Shown piece by piece: positions 46,494-55,057 of a DNA stretch of 64,000 nucleotides. The translations under genes and the position numbers were made by a program. The first letter of the stretch is position 1. The number at the start of each line of letters is the position of its first letter. Source of the stretch: an uncultured Gammaproteobacteria bacterium (lineage in GTDB: Bacteria; Patescibacteriota; Microgenomatia; Levybacterales; UBA12049). The DNA lies in the NCBI GenBank assembly GCA_964490105.1, contig CAZAZU010000003.1, positions 245 to 64,244 on the forward strand, read 5' to 3'. A model generated the notes under the pieces. It was given only the letters and a program-made list of their open reading frames with translations. It did not search any database and was not told the DNA's origin.

Positions 46494-46998
46494 GGGAAAA
46501 ACCTCATTATTTGATGGTAAGAGAGTTTTAAAATCAGATAAAAAAGTTGAGACTTACGGCACGATTGATGAGTTGAACTCTGCGATTGGTGTAGCTTCAG
46601 CTTTTATTAAGATAGCCTCAGTAAATAAGGAGTTAGAGGAAATTCAAAATGATCTTTTAGAAATCGGTTCGTCGCTGGCTGTTTCTTCTACATTACCAGC
46701 TCCGCAGATTGCAAATCGTCCTAAAGAGTTTGAAGTTTTAATTGATAAATTGACTAAAGAAATGCCACCTCTTAGTCAATTTATTTTGCCGGGCGGTGGA
46801 AAGGGCGGATCTCTTATTCATGTTGCACGTACGATAGCTAGGAGGGCTGAAAGACGTATCGTAGATTTAAATAGAACTGAAGAGATAGACAATACTATTA
46901 TTGTTTATTTAAACCGTTTATCAGATTTATTGTTTACCATTGCCAGATTTGTAAATTACAAAGAAAAGAAAAAAGAAAAAATCTGGAGGAAAAAATGA
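46459..46998 (+). CDS. PduO-type ATP:cob(I)alamin adenosyltransferase
   Basis: [40 protein letters not shown] matches the PduO/MMAB N-terminal consensus (IYTRTGD.G.TSL..G.RV.K...R..AYG..DELNS). Confidence 0.75.
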   Translation: [179 protein letters not shown]

Positions 46999-48386
46999 GC
47001 CCTGATGTTAAGCCGTTGATTCCAGATTTGTCTCGTGAAATAGCGAACAGAAAATATTCACATGCTGACAGAAGAATAAACGGGAGCTTAGCGACAGTTG
47101 TTTTGGTAAATTCATTAGTAGGTGTTCCGTCTGTAACTCCAGCTGATATAAATATTTCACTTGGCGCTCCAGTTGGAGTGGTTGAAGCTAGCTTAGGTGA
47201 TTATCAAAAGCCTGATTTGAAAACAGTTGTAATCTTCGATCAGGGTTTACGATTTCCGCCTTCAAACACACCTGGTATAACAAGCGAAATAGAGGCTCCA
47301 ATTTTTGCTACCAAAGAAGCAGGTTCTGATCCAAGTAAGCGTGCTGCTGCATACGACTTTAATTTAGATGTTATTGCGAGAGAAAGTATAAAAAGTGTTG
47401 AAGATCCTGTGCTTAGACAGCTAAAGTTAGAGGAGCAAAAAAGATATGTTAAAACTCAAGTTGAAACTCTTTTGGGAGAAAAAATGCATGTTCTTTTGAG
47501 AATTACCCGATATGACATTAAGGATGGAAAGTTTTACGGAGAAGATATGCCTGGTCCTGCAATCGAGTCTTTTAAAAGAGGAAGGGATCACAGGAGATTG
47601 CATGGAAATTCCGTAGATCATAAAAGAGAAGATGCAGAGATAGATGGAATCGAATTAATTGAATCAAGAATGGCAGAGGTTGAAATTGGAGATGAGGAGT
47701 TTTTTGCTTCCCCTCCAGGAGGAACTTATCCTGGGAATTTTTACGATATTGCAACAAAAAAAGTAGATGAGAGAGGGGAATATGTGGAATTTAGGCGATA
47801 TAGTTCAGGTTTAAGTTATGAAGAATACAGAGATTTTTACAGAGAAATGGGTGCTGAAACTCCCGATGATCCATCTGACGCATTTTTCTTGAGTACTCCG
47901 ATTCAAATTAAAGATTCTAGGTTTCAGGATGCAGACGCTTTGCACGCATATTTACATCGAGATCATGAGTATATGGAAAGAGAAGAGTTTGATCAAATCA
48001 TGCGCTTCTCAAGTGGAGTAGTAGAAAATTATGCTGCAAATCCTACTCTTTTTAACCTTAGAGCGGCGATTAATAAGGCTGATGAGGTAAGAAAAATGCG
48101 TAAAGAAGGGATAGAAGTTGTCATGAGTTACAGTGCTATTGATCTTAATCGAGAAATTATGGCTCTAGGTTCTCAAAAGGTAGACATAGAAAACCTGCCC
48201 TGCGGCAACCTGAATTTAAATGAAGCTGATGGACCGGCTGATACAGTAAGTGCATTTGACAGGAGTTATGAATTTGATGCAGTGGGAGCTTGCGTATCAT
48301 GTGGCAGGGAGGGTATGCTCGGCCCATGTGGATTGTGTGAGCCGTGTGATGCAAAAGCACGAAGAGATCAGAAAAAACTCAAATAG
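46995..48386 (+). CDS. Hypothetical protein with C-terminal Cys cluster, translationally coupled to the adenosyltransferase
   Basis: 463 aa. ATGA overlap with the upstream gene. C-terminal CVSCGREGMLGPCGLCEPC. Confidence 0.4.
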   Translation: MSPDVKPLIPDLSREIANRKYSHADRRINGSLATVVLVNSLVGVPSVTPADINISLGAPVGVVEASLGDYQKPDLKTVVIFDQGLRFPPSNTPGITSEIEAPIFATKEAGSDPSKRAAAYDFNLDVIARESIKSVEDPVLRQLKLEEQKRYVKTQVETLLGEKMHVLLRITRYDIKDGKFYGEDMPGPAIESFKRGRDHRRLHGNSVDHKREDAEIDGIELIESRMAEVEIGDEEFFASPPGGTYPGNFYDIATKKVDERGEYVEFRRYSSGLSYEEYRDFYREMGAETPDDPSDAFFLSTPIQIKDSRFQDADALHAYLHRDHEYMEREEFDQIMRFSSGVVENYAANPTLFNLRAAINKADEVRKMRKEGIEVVMSYSAIDLNREIMALGSQKVDIENLPCGNLNLNEADGPADTVSAFDRSYEFDAVGACVSCGREGMLGPCGLCEPCDAKARRDQKKLK

Positions 48387-48447
48387 CTGTTAGTTTTTTG
48401 TAATGATTATTTCAAGCCCCAGAGCTTTATTGTGATAATATAGTTAT

Positions 48448-48816
48448 ATGAATGAAGATCAAAATTTGATACCTAAAATTCCTGCCGCGCCAGTTCCATC
48501 TGAAGCAGAAAAGCTAGCTAGAGCTGAAATTGCGCAAGCTGATGACTTCACACAGGCAACACATCAACTGCCTGTGATTGCAGATGAGCTTTCGACGTTT
48601 ATAAAGCCAGTAGCTCAACCCGAGCATTCGCTTGAGGGAACAGGTGCGATGCAAACTCCCGCAAAGCTCTCTACGGTAGATGGATCTGGAATTAGTTTAC
48701 CTGATGGTTTTGGTACACCTGAAGCTGCAATCGCTGCAACAAAAGGAAAAGCTACTGAAGGATCAACGGGTGCTGGTTTAGTATACGAAAGACAAATAGA
48801 AAGAAAGGCAGCTTAA
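48448..48816 (+). CDS. Hypothetical small protein
   Basis: 122-aa ORF lying 2 nt upstream of the coupling-ATPase gene. Confidence 0.3.
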   Translation: MNEDQNLIPKIPAAPVPSEAEKLARAEIAQADDFTQATHQLPVIADELSTFIKPVAQPEHSLEGTGAMQTPAKLSTVDGSGISLPDGFGTPEAAIAATKGKATEGSTGAGLVYERQIERKAA

Positions 48817-48818
48817 CT

Positions 48819-51179
48819 ATGATAGGAAATCCTTTCGCATTAATGTTTAACCTCATGTTGGCCATATTAATTCTTGGCCTTCTTTCTGCTGTAATCGGGG
48901 GGATCAGTTATTTGCTAGCTCTTAGATATAAATTTAGAAATAGAGAAAAAGCTTCTCTTGATTCAACTTTACTCCAGATTGCACTGCCACGTGACAACGA
49001 GATAAAAATTGATGCTGCAGAGCAATTGTTTGCAAGCTTTGCCTCATTACACAAGAGCGGAAAACCACAATGGCTAGTAGATCAGCCGGTTCTTTCTTTT
49101 GAAATCGTTGGAATGCCTGGAGATATTAGATTTTTTGTTTCTGTCCCAAATAAATATAAAGATTTTGTGGAAAAACAGATTAACGGAGCCTATCCTGATG
49201 CTGAAATAAAAGAAGTTACTGAAAAAACCTCTTTAAAAGAAGGGTTTGTGGTCGGAAATGATTACAATATTTTCGGAGAAAATTCTAAAGTGGCATTTGC
49301 TCAGTTAGGGCTAAAGAAATCTAATTATGAGCCAATTAAAACTTATAAAGAATTTGCTGTAGATCCGCTTTCGACCATCACTTCAGTATTAGCGAAAATG
49401 ACAGAAGGGGAGGGAGCAGCTATACAAATTCTTGTTTCTCCGGCTGAATCAGGATGGAAGAAGTTAGGTAAAGATCACGTCTCTCATACTAAGAAAGAAG
49501 AGGCAAATCCTGAAACCGCTAAGTATTCAGTGGATGCAAAAGAACTTGAGTCAATTGAATCAAAAGTCAGTAAGCCCGGATTTAATACAGTTATTAGGTT
49601 AGTTGTTGCGTCATCAACTAAGGAAACAGCTGAAGCTCATTTAAGTAATATTAAAAATGCTTTTAGTCAGTTTAATGGTCATAATTCTTTCACAAAAGTT
49701 TCGGTTAAAAGACAAAAAGCATTTATGGATGATTTTATATACAGATATCATCAGAGACGCGGTGCTCCTTCAATTCTTAGTTCTGAAGAACTAGCTACAA
49801 TTTTTCATTTTCCAAATAAGTCTGTGTCGACCCCGCATATTTACTGGGTTAGTTCTAAAAGAGCACCAGTTGCCGCACATGTTCCAACAACCGGTCTTTT
49901 CTTAGGGAAGAGCGTTTATCGTGGATTATCACGGGATGTTTATGTAGAGAGGGATGATAGAAGAAGACATACTTATATTATCGGAAAAACCGGAACCGGA
50001 AAAACAGAATTTTTAAAACAAATGATTCTTCAGGATATAAAAAACGGAGAGGGAGTAGGAGTAGTAGATCCTCATGGAGATCTTATTGAAGATATATTGC
50101 AAATGATTCCTCCAGAGCGCGCAGAGGACGTAATTTTATTTGACCCTTCAGATACAAGCAGACCAATGGGACTTAATATGTTAGAAGCTGATACTGAAGA
50201 AGAAAAGCACTACGTTGTTTCTTCTATAGTGGGGCTTATGTATAAGCTTTATGATCCGAATAAAACTGGTATTATCGGACCCCGTTTTGAGCACGCGATT
50301 CGTAACGCGATGCTTACAGTTATGAGTAGAAAAGGAAGCACATTTATCGAGGTCGTTCGCGTTCTAACTGATGCAAATTTTGTTCAGGAACTTCTTCCTC
50401 ACGTTCAGGATCCAATTGTTAGACGTTACTGGACAGATCAGATTGCACAGACTTCAGACTTCCATAAGTCAGAGGTTTTGGATTACATCGTTTCAAAGTT
50501 CGGCCGTTTCGTTACAAATAAAACTATGAGAAATATTATTGGCCAATCTGAATCGGCATTTAACATGAAGTATGTAATGGACAATCAGAAGATTCTTCTT
50601 ATAAATCTCTCAAAAGGAAAGATTGGAGAAGAGAACTCAAGCTTCTTAGGTTTGATTCTTGTCCCAAAGATTCTAATTGCAGCTATGAGCAGGCAGAATA
50701 TGCCGATGGAGCAAAGAAAAGACTTTTTTCTCTACGTTGACGAGTTCCAGAATTTTGCTACCCCTGACTTTGCCCAGATTTTATCAGAAGCACGAAAATA
50801 TCGTTTGGATTTAATTGTGGCAAATCAATTTATAGGGCAAATGGAAGAAGAAGTTAAAAATGCTATTTTTGGAAACGTAGGTACACTGGCTGCTTTCCGT
50901 GTAGGAGTAACTGATGCAAATTATCTTCAACACGAATTTCAGCCTACATTTTCAGAAGCAGATCTTATAAACATTGATCGTTTCAATTGTTATATGAGAA
51001 CTGTAGTAAACGGTGAGCCAGTTCCTCCATTTTCTCTTGATACCACAAAAGATATGGAACAAGAGCAAGCTGCTAAGAATCCAAGAGTTGCAGAATTAAT
51101 AAAAGAATTATCAAGGTTAAAGTATGGAAAAGATGTGAACGTAATAGAGCAGGTAATAGGTCAACGCGCCCAACTATAA
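48819..51179 (+). CDS. VirD4/TraG/TrwB-like type IV coupling protein (FtsK/HerA-superfamily ATPase) with N-terminal TM anchor
   Basis: Two N-terminal TM helices. Walker A IIGKTGTGKTEF. Walker B FFLYVDEFQNF followed by R..LDLIVANQFIGQM (T4CP-like pattern DE...R...Q...Q). Confidence 0.6.
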   Translation: MIGNPFALMFNLMLAILILGLLSAVIGGISYLLALRYKFRNREKASLDSTLLQIALPRDNEIKIDAAEQLFASFASLHKSGKPQWLVDQPVLSFEIVGMPGDIRFFVSVPNKYKDFVEKQINGAYPDAEIKEVTEKTSLKEGFVVGNDYNIFGENSKVAFAQLGLKKSNYEPIKTYKEFAVDPLSTITSVLAKMTEGEGAAIQILVSPAESGWKKLGKDHVSHTKKEEANPETAKYSVDAKELESIESKVSKPGFNTVIRLVVASSTKETAEAHLSNIKNAFSQFNGHNSFTKVSVKRQKAFMDDFIYRYHQRRGAPSILSSEELATIFHFPNKSVSTPHIYWVSSKRAPVAAHVPTTGLFLGKSVYRGLSRDVYVERDDRRRHTYIIGKTGTGKTEFLKQMILQDIKNGEGVGVVDPHGDLIEDILQMIPPERAEDVILFDPSDTSRPMGLNMLEADTEEEKHYVVSSIVGLMYKLYDPNKTGIIGPRFEHAIRNAMLTVMSRKGSTFIEVVRVLTDANFVQELLPHVQDPIVRRYWTDQIAQTSDFHKSEVLDYIVSKFGRFVTNKTMRNIIGQSESAFNMKYVMDNQKILLINLSKGKIGEENSSFLGLILVPKILIAAMSRQNMPMEQRKDFFLYVDEFQNFATPDFAQILSEARKYRLDLIVANQFIGQMEEEVKNAIFGNVGTLAAFRVGVTDANYLQHEFQPTFSEADLINIDRFNCYMRTVVNGEPVPPFSLDTTKDMEQEQAAKNPRVAELIKELSRLKYGKDVNVIEQVIGQRAQL

Positions 51180-51184
51180 TGATG

Positions 51185-51256
51185 TGGGCTAGCTTGGGAT
51201 CGAACCAAGGACATCTACTTTATAAGAGTAGCGCTCTACCACTGAGCTACTAGCCC
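51185..51256 (-). tRNA. tRNA-Ile with UAU anticodon
   Basis: Reverse complement GGGCTAGTAGCTCAGTGGTAGAGCGCTACTCTTATAAAGTAGATGTCCTTGGTTCGATCCCAAGCTAGCCCA. Anticodon loop CTTATAA. Confidence 0.75.
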
Positions 51257-51306
51257 GAATGGAGAGTATTATAACATTTCCAACCTGAAATTTGCCTGGG
51301 GTTAAA

Positions 51307-52167
51307 TTAAAGCTCTGAGAGGACTTGGGATTCTGAGGCTCTATCCGGAACGTATTCTAAGTATCTTTCTGTAGTAGATAATCTCTTGTGACCTAATATT
51401 TTTGAAAGTAAAACAATTGAAGCTCCATGTTTTAAGTGATGAGCCACAAAAGTATGTCTTAAATCATTTACCTTCGCATTTTTAATCTCAGCTAATCTAA
51501 AGTATCTTTCAACTGAAGTTCTAATGTTTCTAATTAAGAAGGGCTTTCCTGATTTAGTAATAAACAAATGATCTTCTGTTACTTTTGGACGAATATCCAG
51601 ATACCTTTTTAAGGCTTCCTGAGCCCTTTTATTAAGGGGAACTAGGCGTTCGCCGTGTTTCTCCATTGCCGGGATATGAAGTGAGTCTTTTTGAATGTCT
51701 GAAAGACGTAGTGCTGTTAATTCTCCGATTCTGATACCTGTTTGAAGTAATAATTCAATAATTGCCGACATTCTAGCATCATTTCTAGCTGCATCACGTA
51801 GCGCTCTATATTCAGTTGGAGTTAAGATTCTAGGAGGAGCAAGCTGATATTTAGGATGTGCGACTAATAGAGAAGGGTCATCAGTGATGAATTCATTGAT
51901 TTTTAAAAACCTATAAAAAGTTCTCGTAGAATTAATTTTTCTGGAAATTGACTTAGGAGTGTAGCCGTCGTTATTCATTTTAGCTAAGAAAGCTTCAATG
52001 TCTTCCTTAGAGACATCATGAACATGCTGTCTTTCAAGCTCATTTAAGAAGCCAACAAGCTGCTCGATGTCTTTTCCGTATGCTACAATTGTAGAGGTCG
52101 AATGACCTTTATCTTTTAAAAAACTTTTGAACTGCGAACTGGCATCAGCGAGTTTTATTTGATTCAT
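51307..52167 (-). CDS. Tyrosine recombinase, XerC/XerD-like
   Basis: SAM-like N-terminal domain. C-terminal ...LRHTFVAHHLKHGASIVLLSKILGHKRLSTTERYLEY (R...HxxR...Y). Confidence 0.7.
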   Translation of the reverse strand: MNQIKLADASSQFKSFLKDKGHSTSTIVAYGKDIEQLVGFLNELERQHVHDVSKEDIEAFLAKMNNDGYTPKSISRKINSTRTFYRFLKINEFITDDPSLLVAHPKYQLAPPRILTPTEYRALRDAARNDARMSAIIELLLQTGIRIGELTALRLSDIQKDSLHIPAMEKHGERLVPLNKRAQEALKRYLDIRPKVTEDHLFITKSGKPFLIRNIRTSVERYFRLAEIKNAKVNDLRHTFVAHHLKHGASIVLLSKILGHKRLSTTERYLEYVPDRASESQVLSEL

Positions 52168-52207
52168 AATGGCCTATAATATCACAGTTCTGAGCTCGTA
52201 GTCAACT

Positions 52208-52546
52208 ATGAAAAAAATATTTTTCTTAATCTCAATTGCTATCTGTATTCTGATAATTAACGCACTTCTACGCTCAATTTATGACTTATGGAACAAACAG
52301 GACTTAGTTGTTACCGCTGAAAATGATTTAAGAAGAGAAAAAAAGGAAAATGAGAAATTAAAGCAGCAATTGGTCTTAGTGCAAGATGAAAATTTTGTAG
52401 AGACTGAGGCTAGAAATAAGCTTTTTATGGTTAAACCTGGAGAATCGGGAGTAATAGTTCCATCAGAATTGATCCAGAAGAAAGAGAAAAAAGAAGTTGA
52501 AAATATTCCAAACTGGCAAAAATGGGTGAAATTATTTAAAAATTAA
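52208..52546 (+). CDS. FtsB/DivIC-like septum formation initiator
   Basis: N-terminal TM, coiled coil, then ...EARNKLFMVKPGESGVI, which is characteristic of the family. Confidence 0.5.
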   Translation: MKKIFFLISIAICILIINALLRSIYDLWNKQDLVVTAENDLRREKKENEKLKQQLVLVQDENFVETEARNKLFMVKPGESGVIVPSELIQKKEKKEVENIPNWQKWVKLFKN

Positions 52547-53340
52547 GATTCTTTTATTTTAATTTCTGTTTCAACTGCTGGTTTGTCGAATAAATTTGAA
52601 GCAGATCCACCCCGCAGGAATAATTCCATGAATCGGTCGGTGTGCCCTGAAGAGCCTGGTGCAAAAGCTAATTCTCCCTCGTGAATATTAAAAGTGCCGT
52701 CAGTATACGTAGCTACATGTTTTTTACCGTTAACCTCAACTGTTAGCATTTGTCCTGGTTTATATTTAGCCTCAGATGAGTAGATAGATGTTTTTATATT
52801 TCCATAACCATCAATTGAGGCGATAACATTTTTAGGAGCATCGGGAATGATGCTTACACTTTCAGGAGTTCCTATGAAAGACTTATCTCCTTTAATCATT
52901 TTGGCTACAGGAAAGGGATATTTATCTCGGCTTCGGAACTGTGAGCCTTCATTTTCAACAATTACATGATGGAATTTATCAATAAACGGCTTTATAAATG
53001 AGAAATTATAGCCTGCATTTATTCCTACTAACTCAAATCCATTTTTTAGTTTTGCATACATCAGAACTTCTCCTTTATTATTTTTTTGAGCGTGTTTCTT
53101 ATCTTTTCTTGGAGCAGTATTAGAGAAAATGTAAGTTTTTTTTAGGTTTGGAGTAAGTGCTACTTGGTAAATCCAAAAACCGGTATTAACTGTAGAGAAG
53201 GGTGGTGTGGACTGAGTATGAATATATACATCGGGGATAAGGTTTCGAAGTCTAATGATAACCTCTGTAAATGCCGGATCACCTGTTCCGTAATCTGAAA
53301 TTAGAATTAAAGTTTTATCCACAGCCGTTAAATATACCAA
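52543..53340 (-). CDS. SAM hydroxide adenosyltransferase-like (DUF62 family)
   Basis: N-terminal ILISDYGTGDPAFTEVIIRL...P...IHTQSTPPF fits the family pattern (TDFG..D.Y......I.....I.D..H.I.PF). Confidence 0.45.
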   Translation of the reverse strand: MVYLTAVDKTLILISDYGTGDPAFTEVIIRLRNLIPDVYIHTQSTPPFSTVNTGFWIYQVALTPNLKKTYIFSNTAPRKDKKHAQKNNKGEVLMYAKLKNGFELVGINAGYNFSFIKPFIDKFHHVIVENEGSQFRSRDKYPFPVAKMIKGDKSFIGTPESVSIIPDAPKNVIASIDGYGNIKTSIYSSEAKYKPGQMLTVEVNGKKHVATYTDGTFNIHEGELAFAPGSSGHTDRFMELFLRGGSASNLFDKPAVETEIKIKES

Positions 53341-53376
53341 AAATAAATTAAAAAAGGAAGCCTAAGCTTTCCTGTA

Positions 53377-53451
53377 TGGTGGCGGCGGCGGGGTTCGAAC
53401 CTGCGACCATTGCCTTATGAAGACACCGCTCTACCACTGAGCTACGCCGCC
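53377..53451 (-). tRNA. tRNA with CAU anticodon (elongator Met or Ile2-lysidine type), CCA encoded
   Basis: Reverse complement GGCGGCGTAGCTCAGTGGTAGAGCGGTGTCTTCATAAGGCAATGGTCGCAGGTTCGAACCCCGCCGCCGCCACCA. Loop TTCATAA. One mismatch each in the anticodon stem and the T stem. Confidence 0.65.
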
Positions 53452-53590
53452 TAGCGTTGCTTGGGACAAACCTCACGGTTTTTCCCAACGATTTCCCTTT
53501 GTGGTTGCGCGACAGCGGAACTCATCAAGTACGCTGTAACCGCGCATGTATTTTAACATGTTAAGTAGGCTTAATCAAACTTACGGGAGT

Positions 53591-53619
53591 TTGCCCTGAG
53601 GCTGTAAAGCTGGTATAAT
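53591..53619 (+). promoter_or_regulatory. Sigma-70-type promoter with extended -10
   Basis: TTGCCC at 53591-53596, 17-bp spacer, TGGTATAAT at 53611-53619. Confidence 0.5.
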
Positions 53620-53625
53620 ACGCTA

Positions 53626-53730
53626 ACGCGCGGGGTAGTGTACAGTGCACGTGAGGCTCATAATCTCACAGGCTAGGCGCAACTCCTAGCCCCGCAACAC
53701 AGTCTAGGCTCGCAATTGCGAGCCTATTTT
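53626..53730 (+). ncRNA. Candidate small structured RNA (about 105 nt) of unknown family, bracketed by a promoter and a terminator
   Basis: GC-richer than its surroundings. Internal hairpins GTGAG...CTCAC and GGCTAGG-cgcaact-CCTAGCC. Terminator AGGCTCGC-aatt-GCGAGCCT + ATTTTAT at 53705-53730. Confidence 0.4.
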
Positions 53731-53743
53731 ATATAATACGATT

Positions 53744-55057
53744 ATGGATCAATTTAAAAATAAGAAAATTGCGGTAATTGGGGGAGGGTTAGAGGGAAAA
53801 TCCTCTGTAGAATTTTTCAAAAGAAATGGCGCAGATGTAGAAATTCGAGATCAGAATCAGGGCGAAGATTATTTAGAAGATCTTGAAAAGTTTGATTTAA
53901 TAATTCGTTCTCCGGGTGTTAAATTATCAGATCTTGAAGGAAAAGTTGATAGAAAAAAGATCTCTTCTCAGACAAAAATTTTTATGGATCTTTGTCCGTG
54001 CGCAGTAATTGGTGTGACTGGAACAAAGGGAAAGGGAACTACCTCGAGCTTAATATATGAAATGCTTAAGGCGGAGGGCAGGGATGCATATTTAGGGGGA
54101 AATATTGGTGTTCCGCCGTTAGATTTTTTAGAAAAGCTTACTTCAAATTCATGGGTGGTTCTTGAAATGAGCTCATTTCAGCTTGCAGATTTAGAAAAAA
54201 GCCCTCACATAGCAGTGATGCTGATGGTGACTTCGGAGCATATGGATTATCACAATGATATTAATGAATATGTGGAGTCGAAGCGAAACATTTTAAGCCA
54301 CCAGACAGAAAATGATTTTGCAATCGTAAATAGAGATTATCCGCCAAGCAATGAATCTGATATTTTGACTGAAGGAAAAGTTTATTATGTATCCCGGGAG
54401 CGGGAAGTAGAGGAGGGGTGTTTTGCGTTAGGAAACCAGGTAATTCTCAGAACAAACGGTAACTCGATACCTATAATCGATACCCGGGAACTTCTTTTAA
54501 GAGGAGATCATAACCAGGAAAATGTCTGTGCTGCAACAATTGCTGCTTATCTAGCAGGAGTTAGGGTTGGAACCATAATTAAGACCCTGCAGTCATTTAA
54601 AGGTCTGGAGCATAGGCTTGAATTAGTAGCTAAAATAAATGGAGTCGAATACTATAATGATTCATTTTCTACAACGCCTGAAACGGCAATTGCCGCGATA
54701 AAATCTTTTAAAAATCCTGAAATTTTAGTGCTTGGGGGGTCTACGAAGAATAGTGATTTTGCAGAGTTAGGAAAAGTAATAGGGGAAGCAGAAAATATAA
54801 AAGCAATAATTCAAATTGGCGAAGAATGGAACAGGATAAAAGCAGAAATTAAAACAGTTAGACCCGAAACTCTAATAATAGAAGGAGCTAAAAATATGGA
54901 ACAGGTAATTACCGCAGCTTCTAAGATTGCTGTTTCTGGAGATGTTGTTATTCTTTCACCTGCAGCTGCATCTTTTGATAAATTTAAAAATTATAAAGAC
55001 CGCGGAAATCAGTTTAAGGAACAAGTATTTAAATTAAAAGAAAATTCCGCACAATGA
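53744..55057 (+). CDS. murD: Mur ligase, most likely UDP-N-acetylmuramoylalanine--D-glutamate ligase
   Basis: KKIAVIGGGLEGKSSVEFF Rossmann N-terminus. GVTGTKGKGTTSSL P-loop. Mur ligase C-terminal domain. Confidence 0.6.
   Translation: MDQFKNKKIAVIGGGLEGKSSVEFFKRNGADVEIRDQNQGEDYLEDLEKFDLIIRSPGVKLSDLEGKVDRKKISSQTKIFMDLCPCAVIGVTGTKGKGTTSSLIYEMLKAEGRDAYLGGNIGVPPLDFLEKLTSNSWVVLEMSSFQLADLEKSPHIAVMLMVTSEHMDYHNDINEYVESKRNILSHQTENDFAIVNRDYPPSNESDILTEGKVYYVSREREVEEGCFALGNQVILRTNGNSIPIIDTRELLLRGDHNQENVCAATIAAYLAGVRVGTIIKTLQSFKGLEHRLELVAKINGVEYYNDSFSTTPETAIAAIKSFKNPEILVLGGSTKNSDFAELGKVIGEAENIKAIIQIGEEWNRIKAEIKTVRPETLIIEGAKNMEQVITAASKIAVSGDVVILSPAAASFDKFKNYKDRGNQFKEQVFKLKENSAQ

Noticed and set aside
53455-53740. 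RNase P RNA, SRP RNA or 6S RNA in the GC-rich spacer
   Set aside because: Universal RNase P P4 motifs (AGGAAAGTCC... / ACAGAACCCGG) and the SRP GGAA-tetraloop domain IV signature were not found on either strand. Kept as an unknown sRNA candidate only.
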